Shown here: piece after piece, positions 19,550 through 27,591 of the stretch
How the letters are laid out: every line of letters begins with the position of its first letter
How positions within the stretch are numbered: the stretch's first letter is position 1
Assembly: GCA_036557945.1 (NCBI GenBank)
Contig: DATBGM010000054.1
Coordinates: forward strand, 4,188-68,187
DNA length: 64,000 nt
Origin: Bryobacteraceae bacterium
GTDB lineage: Bacteria; Acidobacteriota; Terriglobia; Bryobacterales; Bryobacteraceae
Direction: 5' to 3'
Made by a program: the position numbers and the translations under genes
Notes under the pieces: model-generated
The model's database searches: none
Seen by the model: only the letters and a program-made list of their open reading frames with translations
What the model was told of the DNA's origin: nothing

Positions 19550-21613
19550 CTAGCGCGCAAACCTCACCGCAATGCGCTCGCCCGGCATCAGGACCGCGCC
19601 CGCCGCGGGAGTCTGAGCGCGCGCCATGCCGTCGCCGAACAGATCGACTTCGAGCCCGGTGGCCGTCGCCTCTTCCATCACGTCTTTCACCGTCTTGCCC
19701 ACAAAGTTCGGCACCTTCGGCGCATTTGGATCCGCCACAACGTCACCGCTTGCCTGCTGCATCTCTTCGAGCGTCGGCGGATTGAGGGACGCGAGCGCTA
19801 CGTCGTCGGTTTCTTTCTCGCTGTCCTTGTCTTTCTTCTTGTCTTTGTCGGCCTGTTCTTTCGCCAGCAGCTCTTCAATGTCCTGCGGCACGTCGCGCAC
19901 AATACCCAGCCGCCGCAAGCCCGTCGACATCACGTTTTCAAACACAGGCCCCGCGGCCCAGCCGCCGTATCCGGCAAGTCCGGTTGTACCGCTTACCGTG
20001 ACAACGACCACAATGGACGGATTCTGAAACGGAGCGAAGCCCATAAACGATGCGTTATAGCGATGCGTGTAGACGCGGTGCGCATAGTCGTAAATCTGTG
20101 CGGTTCCTGTCTTGCCCGCGATCGTGTACCCCGTTACATGCAGATGATGGGCCGTGCCGCCCGGCTCGGTGACGACGCGCCGCATCATCGCGCGCATTTC
20201 CATCGCGGTCTGCGGATTTAATACCTGCCTCGGCTCCGGTCTTGACGGAGTCTGCCTGGCGCCGCCCGGTTTGCGCTCCCATGCCACTAGCCGCGGCCGT
20301 ACCAGATATCCGCCGTTTGCGATAATGCTGCCGGCCTGCGCCAATTGCACGGAGGTCACCGCCAGCTCATGGCCCATCGGGATCGAGCCGATCGTCGTCG
20401 GCTGCCACCGCTTCAGCGGACGCAGCAAACCGGGCGCTTCCGCCGGCAGTTCAATGCCCGTGCGCGACCCAAAGCCGAAGCGCCGGATGTACTCGTAAAG
20501 GTTGCTGTTGCCGACCTGCATGCCGATGCGGATTGCGCCCACATTGCTCGAAAATGCCAGCACGTCCTGCATCGAGAGCACGGAGTAGGATTTGTGGTCG
20601 TGCACCACGCGGCTGAAAATTTTAATCGAGCCGTTGCCGCAGTTGATCATCGTTTCCGGAGTGAGCCGGGTTGTTTCGAGAGCCGCCGAGACTGTTACCA
20701 CCTTAAAAACGGATCCAGGCTCGAACGGCGCAATCACCGCCAGATCTTCACGCCCGTTCGGCTTCTCGCCCGGCAGCAAATGTTCGTTCGGATCGTACGT
20801 CGGATAATTTTCGAGCGCCAGAATCTCGCCCGTATTCGGATTCATCGCGACCAGACTGCCGTGGTCCGCGTGATTCTTCACCACCGCTTCCCGCAGCGTT
20901 TCCTTCGCCACGTACTGCAGCTCGCGATCCACCGTCAGGCCGATATCCTTGCCCGGAATAGCCGCTTTTACGACTTCCGCCGCATAGGAATTCGCCTTCG
21001 CATCGCGCTCCACCCGCAGCTCGCCCGGCATGCCCCGCAAATCCTTATTCAGCTTGAGCTCGACTCCGGCCACGCCCTGTCCTTCCGCATTGACGTTTCC
21101 GACAACATGCGCAGCAACATCTTTGTTCGGATACGAACGCACGCTGCCGTCGCGAATTGATAGCCAGTCGAGATTCATCGCCCGCAGCGTCGCCGCCTGA
21201 TCTTCATTTACGTGCTGGTCCACCACCAGATATCCGCTGCGGCGTTCCGCTGCCACTGCGAGCGAAACCGCAAGCCGCTTTGCATCCAGTCCAAGCACGC
21301 CGGCAATAAGGGCGGCCGCCGTTCCTCGGTCCGGAATGCGCCGCGGATTCACCACCACGAAACGAGACGGCGAGCTGATCGCCAGCAGGTTGCCGTTGCG
21401 ATCATAAATCGATCCCCGCCGCGCCGGAATGGGCTCCAGTTTTTCCTGCTGCGCGCGCGCCCGCCGCACCATCTCGTCATGCGCCAGCACCTGCAGATCA
21501 AAAAGCCGGAAAACAAGAATGAGGGCCCATCCCAAAAGGATGAGCCCTATAATGAGTGCCCGCTCGACTGGTTTGGAGATCAAATCAGCCGCTCGGGACT
21601 CCATGCCTTGCAC
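19550..21613 (-). CDS. ftsI: class B penicillin-binding protein FtsI with C-terminal PASTA domain
   Basis: SxxK (GSVFK), SxN (SSN) and KTGT motifs. A K/D/E-rich linker is followed by a PASTA-like domain, PNFVGKTVKDVMEEATATGLEVDLFGDG...PGERIAVRF. An alternative ATG start lies at 21604. Confidence 0.9.
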   Translation of the reverse strand: MQGMESRAADLISKPVERALIIGLILLGWALILVFRLFDLQVLAHDEMVRRARAQQEKLEPIPARRGSIYDRNGNLLAISSPSRFVVVNPRRIPDRGTAAALIAGVLGLDAKRLAVSLAVAAERRSGYLVVDQHVNEDQAATLRAMNLDWLSIRDGSVRSYPNKDVAAHVVGNVNAEGQGVAGVELKLNKDLRGMPGELRVERDAKANSYAAEVVKAAIPGKDIGLTVDRELQYVAKETLREAVVKNHADHGSLVAMNPNTGEILALENYPTYDPNEHLLPGEKPNGREDLAVIAPFEPGSVFKVVTVSAALETTRLTPETMINCGNGSIKIFSRVVHDHKSYSVLSMQDVLAFSSNVGAIRIGMQVGNSNLYEYIRRFGFGSRTGIELPAEAPGLLRPLKRWQPTTIGSIPMGHELAVTSVQLAQAGSIIANGGYLVRPRLVAWERKPGGARQTPSRPEPRQVLNPQTAMEMRAMMRRVVTEPGGTAHHLHVTGYTIAGKTGTAQIYDYAHRVYTHRYNASFMGFAPFQNPSIVVVVTVSGTTGLAGYGGWAAGPVFENVMSTGLRRLGIVRDVPQDIEELLAKEQADKDKKKDKDSEKETDDVALASLNPPTLEEMQQASGDVVADPNAPKVPNFVGKTVKDVMEEATATGLEVDLFGDGMARAQTPAAGAVLMPGERIAVRFAR

Positions 21614-21697
21614 CCACCAGAAAAATCATTTGAACTGACAACCCCGAGTCATGAGAAGCCATGAGCGCAGCCATGGGGGAGCCTCAGCACGTGGCGT

Positions 21698-22204
21698 CTA
21701 ACGCACCACCACCGCCGGCATCACCGGAATTTGATTACGCGCCTCGGCTTTCGTGCTGTTATTTTGCAGTGTTTCCACCTGCTGCGGCGCGGGCTCCGAC
21801 ATCTTTAGCGTTTTGGCAAGCTGCTCCAGCCGCTCCATGCTCACCAGCTGCGCTTCGTCGGCCTGCAGTTGCGACATCTGCTGCCGCAGCTGCGCCTGTT
21901 CTCCGCGCAAGTGCTCGAGCGTGAAACCTGCCGTCGTGTTGTATGCAGCCGGAACGAGACCGGCAATCACGAGCATGGCGGCAGCGAAGCCGGTCGCCAT
22001 GGATCGGCTGCGAGCCACCCGCGCCGCCGGGTCGGCCGCACGCGCCACGGCGGTATTATCAATCCGCTTCACGAATAAGTAAACGTCCTCATTGGCGATC
22101 GGGCGCAAACGCGGCGTTTCGGTGCGCGTCCAGACCGCAGGTGCTACGCCGGCTAGTTCCCTGACGCCGGTGAATCGATTGACCCAGGTTGCGAGTGTTG
22201 CCAT
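21698..22204 (-). CDS. ftsL: FtsL-like cell division protein
   Basis: Positioned between rsmH and ftsI. One TM helix (GFAAAMLVIAGLVPAAY) is followed by a coiled-coil-like LRGEQAQLRQQMSQLQADEAQL. Confidence 0.55.
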   Translation of the reverse strand: MATLATWVNRFTGVRELAGVAPAVWTRTETPRLRPIANEDVYLFVKRIDNTAVARAADPAARVARSRSMATGFAAAMLVIAGLVPAAYNTTAGFTLEHLRGEQAQLRQQMSQLQADEAQLVSMERLEQLAKTLKMSEPAPQQVETLQNNSTKAEARNQIPVMPAVVVR

Positions 22205-22217
22205 TTCTTTGCCTTTT

Positions 22218-23093
22218 CTAAACTCGTTCGAGCGCCCTCAGCTTCGCGCTGCGCGACGCCGCATTCCCCAAAATTTCCTGCTCACGAGGCCGCACCACGT
22301 GCCTCGTCAGAATCCTCGCGCGCCCGGCTCGCGCCTCCGCCTGAAACGCGCGTTTCACCATCCGGTCCTCCGTCGACATAAACGTCAGCACCACCATCCG
22401 TCCGCCGCGCTTTAGCCGTTCCGGAGCCAGCCGGAGCAACTCTTCCAACTCTTCCAACTCGCCGTTTACCTTCAGCCGCAACGCCATGAACGTCTGCGTC
22501 GCAGGATGAAGTCTCCCCGTTCGCGGCGCGGCGCTCTCAATAACCTGGGCAAGTCGCCCGGTTGTCAGAATCGGCCGCGCGCGAACGATTGCTCTGGAGA
22601 TTCTTCGCGACCTCCTTTCTTCGCCTAACTGATAGATCAGATCGGCGAGCGCCTTTTCAGGCAGTTCGTTCACCAGATCCGCAGCGGTAAGCTGCTGACT
22701 GCGATCCATTCGCATGTCAAGCGGCCCCTCCGCCTGAATCGAAAACCCTCGTTCGGCAGCACTCAACTGATAACGGCTCACGCCCAGGTCGGCCAGTACA
22801 CCGTCGACTTGCTCGATACCGAGGCTCTTCAAAACCTCCGGCGCCTTCGAAAACGGCCCATGAAAAAACCGGATCCGGTCCGCTGTGTCCCCGGTGTTTC
22901 GACGCGCCCACTCGAGCGCTTCCGCATCCCGGTCGCACGCGATCACGAGACCGCTCTTGAGCCGCTCCGCAATCGCCTGCGTATGACCGCCAAGCCCGGC
23001 AGTCACGTCTAGGTAAATGCCTTCCGGATGAATCGCGAGATACTCGAGCGATTCTTCAAGCAGAACCGGTACGTGCCACGGTTCGCCGTCCAT
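22218..23093 (-). CDS. rsmH: 16S rRNA (cytosine1402-N4)-methyltransferase
   Basis: HVPVLLEE and DVTAGLGGHT motifs. I prefer the ATG at 23093; a TTG at 23099 is the longest-ORF start. Confidence 0.93.
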   Translation of the reverse strand: MDGEPWHVPVLLEESLEYLAIHPEGIYLDVTAGLGGHTQAIAERLKSGLVIACDRDAEALEWARRNTGDTADRIRFFHGPFSKAPEVLKSLGIEQVDGVLADLGVSRYQLSAAERGFSIQAEGPLDMRMDRSQQLTAADLVNELPEKALADLIYQLGEERRSRRISRAIVRARPILTTGRLAQVIESAAPRTGRLHPATQTFMALRLKVNGELEELEELLRLAPERLKRGGRMVVLTFMSTEDRMVKRAFQAEARAGRARILTRHVVRPREQEILGNAASRSAKLRALERV

Positions 23094-23102
23094 CCCCAAA
23101 TC

Positions 23103-23561
23103 TCAGCGCAGGCCTTTTTTCTCGAGCGCCTTCAGTTTGCCCGCCAGTTCCGTTCTGGCCGCCTCCAGGCGTTGCTCGTAAATCCTGCTTCCAAACACTT
23201 CAATTCGCTGCCGGTAGCAGACCAGATGAACATCGTCCTTCTCCAGCCCGAGCTCACGCCGCAGCGTAGTAGGCAGCAGCACCCGGCTCTGCCCGTCAAT
23301 CTCTGCATCTTCGCCGTAATGATTCGCCACAAATGCCACGTCGGCCCTCAAATCGGCATCGTCGCCCGGCTCCGCCAACATATTTTCCGTTTCGCGCCAT
23401 ACCGAAATCGGGTAAATTAATGCTGTCGAGGTATTCAGCGTCGTAATGAAAACTTTCTGGTCGCCCAACGCACCCAAATACTGCGCAATCGCCGCCGGTA
23501 ATTTCAGGCGTCCTTTTTCATCCACACGACCGCTGAAAGCCCCGCGCGGAGCCTCCACCAC
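23103..23561 (-). CDS. mraZ: transcriptional regulator MraZ
   Basis: Duplicated SpoVT/AbrB-like halves with VDEKGRLKLP and IDGQSRVLLP. A GTG at 23561 gives 152 aa, the canonical MraZ length. The longest ORF (GTG at 23591) would run into the operator repeats. Confidence 0.8.
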   Translation of the reverse strand: MVEAPRGAFSGRVDEKGRLKLPAAIAQYLGALGDQKVFITTLNTSTALIYPISVWRETENMLAEPGDDADLRADVAFVANHYGEDAEIDGQSRVLLPTTLRRELGLEKDDVHLVCYRQRIEVFGSRIYEQRLEAARTELAGKLKALEKKGLR

Positions 23562-23586
23562 ATCTCGCGGATTTGCCTGACCGTCC

Positions 23587-23631
23587 ACCACCGGTTACCA
23601 CTTCGAACCACTTTCGGCCATTTCTGACCAC
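23587..23631 (-). promoter_or_regulatory. array of phased GTGGT direct repeats (candidate MraZ operator)
   Basis: On the minus strand GTGGT occurs at 23631-27, 23611-07, 23601-23597 and 23591-87, with a degenerate ATGGC at 23621-17. The spacing is exactly 10 bp. Confidence 0.6.
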
Positions 23632-23637
23632 TGTTCG

Positions 23638-23666
23638 ATATTTGCACGCGTCGATTCCGAATGCAA
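23638..23666 (-). promoter_or_regulatory. candidate dcw (Pmra-like) promoter
   Basis: On the minus strand, TTGCAT (23666-61), a 17-nt spacer, then TGcAAATAT (23646-38, extended -10 like), immediately upstream of the repeat array. Confidence 0.4.
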
Positions 23667-23970
23667 TAGATTTGTTTAAAGAAAATTCCGCAAATCATTG
23701 ATTTCGCCTTTCTTACGCCATCTCGGTACTCTCAGTACAGGCCCTGTAGCACACTTTTATCCGAAGGGATAATTCTCTCGCCCGATTGCCGTCATATTCC
23801 GGCTCACGAGTTCGTTTGGTAATTCTGGCCAAATCCTAAAAAAACACTAAAAAATCGCTGATTTCTGCCGGAGTCATGCCGCACCGTCCCAGGAGCGATT
23901 TCGGTTGTGGTACTCCGCCTGCGTTCCAAGCGCGCAACAGCGGCGCAAGCCGCTATTTAAGGAGGATGTG

Positions 23971-25197
23971 GTGAAATCATCACGGATGCAAACGGAAACG
24001 GCCATTGTGAAATGGTCAACTCGGAGGATGTTTTCGTCGGGCGCAGCGATCGCGTTGTGTATCGTCGCGACTCAATTTTCACTTCCCGCGCCGCTCAGCG
24101 CGCAGAATGCAGCAGTGGTCTCGAACGCAGCGCATACCGTTCGGACAGAGGTCACACTCGCTGCCAACATCGAGCAGTTCTGGACGGCGGATCGCCTCTT
24201 GAGCGCACGTCCCATCGAGGCATCGCTGCGGGTGGCAGCGGACGGACTACCGATGGTGGCAGATTCGGCAGCAGCCTTCGCCGGACCGGCAATCAAAGTC
24301 AACGGCGGATTGCCGTCGGTGAAAGTTGGCAACACGCTGCAGAAGACGCTGATCTCGGCGGAAGCGCTGGCGGACCAGGCAGCTTTCGAAGCGAACACGC
24401 TGCTGCCCCCAATTGCACCCGAGGCGACCAGCCCGTTTGGGGCGCGCTTCACGACCAGCCGTGTCTTTCCGGATGCTGCGACTCTCGCTTATCCGTACCG
24501 GACGGCCGGGAAACTCTACTTCCATGATCCTCGTACCGGCGGCAATTTCGTCTGTTCGGCTTCGGTTCTGCGTCCTCGTCTTATCGTGACGGCAGGGCAC
24601 TGTGTTACGCATCCGAGCACCAACGCCGCGCTGCGCTACTTCTATACGAATTTCCTTTTCATCCCCGTCTATAACAACGGTTCGGCGCCGCTTGGCACCT
24701 GGACTCCTTCCCAGGAATGGGTGACGAACGCCTGGTATATGTCAGATGGTTCAGTGCCGAATCAGCAGGACGTGGCCATGATCATCGCCCGCGATCAGGG
24801 CACCAAGCTCGGTTACGTAACCGGTTATCTCGGCTACTATACGGGTCAGCTCGCTAACAACAACGTGACCATGCTCGGCTACCCCTGCAATCTGGATAGC
24901 TGCGCAAAGATGCAGGAGACGTTCGCACAGACTTACCAGTACGGCGGAAACAACACCTACATCTACGGATCCGCGATGAAAGGCGGAGCGAGCGGCGGCC
25001 CCTGGATTCAGGATTTCGGAATCAACCCGGCGGGTGCTCCGGCAGGCCTGCTGGCCCACAACTACCTGGTAGCGGTGACATCTTATGGTCCGGTGAATAC
25101 AGCCCTGATGTACCTGGGCGCGTCGAACCTGGATTCCCGCTTCATCACCTTACTCAATGATGCGTGCGGTCCGGCAACCACCGGTAATTGCAACTAG
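23971..25197 (+). CDS. secreted trypsin-like (S1 family) serine peptidase
   Basis: Catalytic triad context TAGHCV, QQDVAMII and GGASGGPW; signal-peptide-like AAIALCIVATQFSLPAPLSAQ. AAGGAGG at 23959-65 favours the GTG at 23971; the ATG at 23986 is an alternative. Confidence 0.75.
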   Translation: MKSSRMQTETAIVKWSTRRMFSSGAAIALCIVATQFSLPAPLSAQNAAVVSNAAHTVRTEVTLAANIEQFWTADRLLSARPIEASLRVAADGLPMVADSAAAFAGPAIKVNGGLPSVKVGNTLQKTLISAEALADQAAFEANTLLPPIAPEATSPFGARFTTSRVFPDAATLAYPYRTAGKLYFHDPRTGGNFVCSASVLRPRLIVTAGHCVTHPSTNAALRYFYTNFLFIPVYNNGSAPLGTWTPSQEWVTNAWYMSDGSVPNQQDVAMIIARDQGTKLGYVTGYLGYYTGQLANNNVTMLGYPCNLDSCAKMQETFAQTYQYGGNNTYIYGSAMKGGASGGPWIQDFGINPAGAPAGLLAHNYLVAVTSYGPVNTALMYLGASNLDSRFITLLNDACGPATTGNCN

Positions 25198-25207
25198 CGC
25201 GGAGAGC

Positions 25208-25240
25208 AACCGTGTGCCGGCTCGGAGGCGGCACACGGTT
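25208..25240 (+). terminator. 12-bp perfect hairpin downstream of the peptidase gene
   Basis: aaccgtgtgccg (25208-19) pairs with cggcacacggtt (25229-40), 9-nt loop. Only a weak T-rich tail follows (ttgc...ttttt). Confidence 0.4.
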
Positions 25241-25262
25241 TGCAAGGAGTTTTTCAGTCCGT

Positions 25263-25709
25263 ATGCATCAACTGCTGAATCGAACCGAAACGTCCTGGAT
25301 GGCGCTGCAGCTCTTATTGGCGGCGCAAAGCGGAATTCACTTGACGCCCGATATACGAATTCGCGCGCAGCAGACACTAATCCTTACGGCAGGCACTTAC
25401 AGCGCGATTCTGTTTCAAGCCGAAGCCGCGTCCGGTAACAAGCCCCGCATCCCCGCTTCGTACCAGTTCGCGACGGCGGGCGACATCCCGCCCGGCATGT
25501 TCTTTGAAAGCTATCCCTGCCACAAGCCCGGCCAGGAGAATTGTCCGGCCCTGGCGTCGAGCGATGGAATTTATCTCGATGGCGTGCCGTCGGCGCCCGG
25601 TTCCTTTAAGGTGACAATCAAAGCCAGCGCATTGAATGGCGAAACCGCATCCCGCGAATTTACCATTACCGTAAAACCGTCCAGGGCAGAAACACACAAA
25701 CAGAAGTGA
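25263..25709 (+). CDS. small secreted protein with Ig-like (putative Ig domain) C-terminal part
   Basis: ATG at 25263, about 13 nt after GGAG; hydrophobic N-terminus WMALQLLLAAQSG. GVPSAPGSFKVTIKASALNGETASREFTITVKP resembles bacterial putative-Ig-domain repeats. Confidence 0.45.
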   Translation: MHQLLNRTETSWMALQLLLAAQSGIHLTPDIRIRAQQTLILTAGTYSAILFQAEAASGNKPRIPASYQFATAGDIPPGMFFESYPCHKPGQENCPALASSDGIYLDGVPSAPGSFKVTIKASALNGETASREFTITVKPSRAETHKQK

Positions 25710-25734
25710 CGGTTTGTGCGCACTGCCTGCCGCT

Positions 25735-26259
25735 CTACTTAGCGGACAAGCTTTGATGGGACAACGCCAGCAACACGCGCTCGGTGAGTTCTTCGATCAT
25801 TGCCGGCATCGCAGTATCAAGTGCCAGCGTAACGGCCGCACGGATCGTAGGGCGATCGAAAACAGAGACGGCCTGCCCATTTCCCGCGGTCGTCTTCTTC
25901 GCCAGTAGCGTTTGCGCTTCGCCGAGCAGAGCGGATGCTTCAAATGGTTTACGCAGGATGGCGTCTGCGCCTGCGTTCTTCGCGTCCTGCTCGTTGAATT
26001 CGTCTGCGGGAGCAGCGGCAAAGATCACCGGAAGCTGCCGGTGGCCATCCTGGGATCGCAAAAAGCGCACGATTTCGAAGGCATTGCGCGTGGGCAGATA
26101 GACGTCGAGAATGAGGAGATCGGGTTTGACGTCTTCGAGCCTACGAAGAGCGGTTGCGCCGTCAGTAACACTCACCACCTCATGCCCCTGCGCGGCCAGA
26201 ATCTGTTCGGCCAGGCGTAGCGCCTGCGGGCTGTCGTCCGCGAGCAGGATACGGCTCAT
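25735..26259 (-). CDS. CheY-like response regulator (receiver domain plus short C-terminal extension, no DNA-binding domain recognised)
   Basis: RILLADDSP...DLLILDVYLP...LRKPF receiver motifs. The ATG overlaps the upstream stop (ATGA at 26256-26259). Confidence 0.85.
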   Translation of the reverse strand: MSRILLADDSPQALRLAEQILAAQGHEVVSVTDGATALRRLEDVKPDLLILDVYLPTRNAFEIVRFLRSQDGHRQLPVIFAAAPADEFNEQDAKNAGADAILRKPFEASALLGEAQTLLAKKTTAGNGQAVSVFDRPTIRAAVTLALDTAMPAMIEELTERVLLALSHQSLSAK

Positions 26260-27587
26260 TGTTGTTGCGGTGTCGTGCTGGCGGGCGCGGCCGAGTTGGA
26301 AGAAGGCGGGGGGGCGGCTTGCTGGCTGGCTTCCTTCTCCTTATCCTTCTTCTTTTTCTTGTCGAGCTTGGCCTGCTTCTTGGCCTGCTGTTCGCGCAGT
26401 TTCTTCAGCTCGGCATCGCGATTGGTAGGCAGCGGCTGATTGGCAGCGGCAGCAGCCGCAGCACCTGTTGCGGCAGCGCCCGCCGCTCCGGTACGGGCAT
26501 CGGGAGATTTGTCGAGCGCGCTATCCGAGCCGACCTGGCTGGCGCTTACTTCGGTGGTGCCGGTTCCGGTTCCGTTGCCGCTCGCCGTTTCCGTATTATT
26601 GGCGACGGGAACGCTGGCGGGGATGGTGCGTTTGGGATCGGTCATGGTCGGCTGTCCCGTATGAGCCGCGTGGTCCACGTCAGGGCCGCTGCGCAGCAAG
26701 CCAAACGTCCGACCCATGATGCCGGGGCGGCGCCAGTTTTCCATGTTGTACTTCTCGCGCTCGAGAGCGGCCTTGTCGACGGGCGGTACGGGCATCTCCA
26801 GCTCGGTGAGACGCTTTTTGGCATCCTCGGCGCGTTCGCTCAATGGATACTCGCGCACGACACGGGTGAACATATCGCCGGCGGTTTTGCGGAAACGCGG
26901 TCCCATCTTCGAGTAGGAGTCGCCGGCTTCAAAGAGCGCCTCGCCCGACTTGCTGTAGAGAGGATACTGATCGACGACCGCGTTCAGGCGGTTGGCGGCG
27001 GCCGGATTCATGTCGTGCTTCCAGTAGAAATGTCCGACAACGAACTCGTGCTCAGCCAGGCTCTCCTGAATCTCACGCAGCTTCTGAGCGGCCTGCGGAG
27101 CGAACTTACTGTTCGGAAATTGTACGAGCACTTGCCGGCACTCTTCTTCGGCGCGCAGGGTCTGGGTCCAGTCGCGGTCGCTCTTATCCATCTGCTTGTA
27201 ATGGATGTCGCAGACGCGGTTCTGGGCCTGGGCCGACTCTTCCATGTTGGGATAGAAAAGAATGAAGTCCTTATACTCGGCTTCGGCCTGAGCGAGACCG
27301 TTGGGACCGCCTTCCCGGAACCAGCTATCGGCGACCGCCAGCTTGGCCTTGGCCATGTACTCGCTCGATTCGTAAGTATTCATCATGGTTTGCAGCGAGA
27401 TGCGCGCGGTTTCATAGCGGCCCTTCTCGATGTCCTTGATGGCCTGATCGAAGAGAACTTTATCCGGCTGCTGCGTGTTCTTGGTAATCGGAGTCTCGTA
27501 CTTCTTGTGAAAGCACGAGCTCGCCAGACACACAGCACTGAGCGCCAGCAGCGCCTTTCGCCCGGAGTGTAGCAGGAAGGAATTCAT
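26256..27587 (-). CDS. bamD: BamD/YfiO-like outer membrane assembly lipoprotein with long low-complexity C-terminal tail
   Basis: Lipobox LASSC after the ATG at 27587. TPR-like BamD pattern (FDQAIKDIEKGRYETARISLQTMMNTYESSEYMAKAKLAVADSWF..., VVDQYPLYSKSGEALF). The tail is rich in T/G/A/P/K. The longer ORF to 27857 would overlap rpe. Confidence 0.72.
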   Translation of the reverse strand: MNSFLLHSGRKALLALSAVCLASSCFHKKYETPITKNTQQPDKVLFDQAIKDIEKGRYETARISLQTMMNTYESSEYMAKAKLAVADSWFREGGPNGLAQAEAEYKDFILFYPNMEESAQAQNRVCDIHYKQMDKSDRDWTQTLRAEEECRQVLVQFPNSKFAPQAAQKLREIQESLAEHEFVVGHFYWKHDMNPAAANRLNAVVDQYPLYSKSGEALFEAGDSYSKMGPRFRKTAGDMFTRVVREYPLSERAEDAKKRLTELEMPVPPVDKAALEREKYNMENWRRPGIMGRTFGLLRSGPDVDHAAHTGQPTMTDPKRTIPASVPVANNTETASGNGTGTGTTEVSASQVGSDSALDKSPDARTGAAGAAATGAAAAAAANQPLPTNRDAELKKLREQQAKKQAKLDKKKKKDKEKEASQQAAPPPSSNSAAPASTTPQQQ

Positions 27588-27591
27588 AGAA

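Noticed and set aside
26290-26480. Apparent short tandem DNA repeats (cttctt/gcagc-type). A similar stretch lies at 19800-19870.
   Set aside because: They are the coding sequence of K/A/E-rich low-complexity protein segments (BamD-like tail, FtsI linker) on the minus strand, not non-coding repeat arrays.
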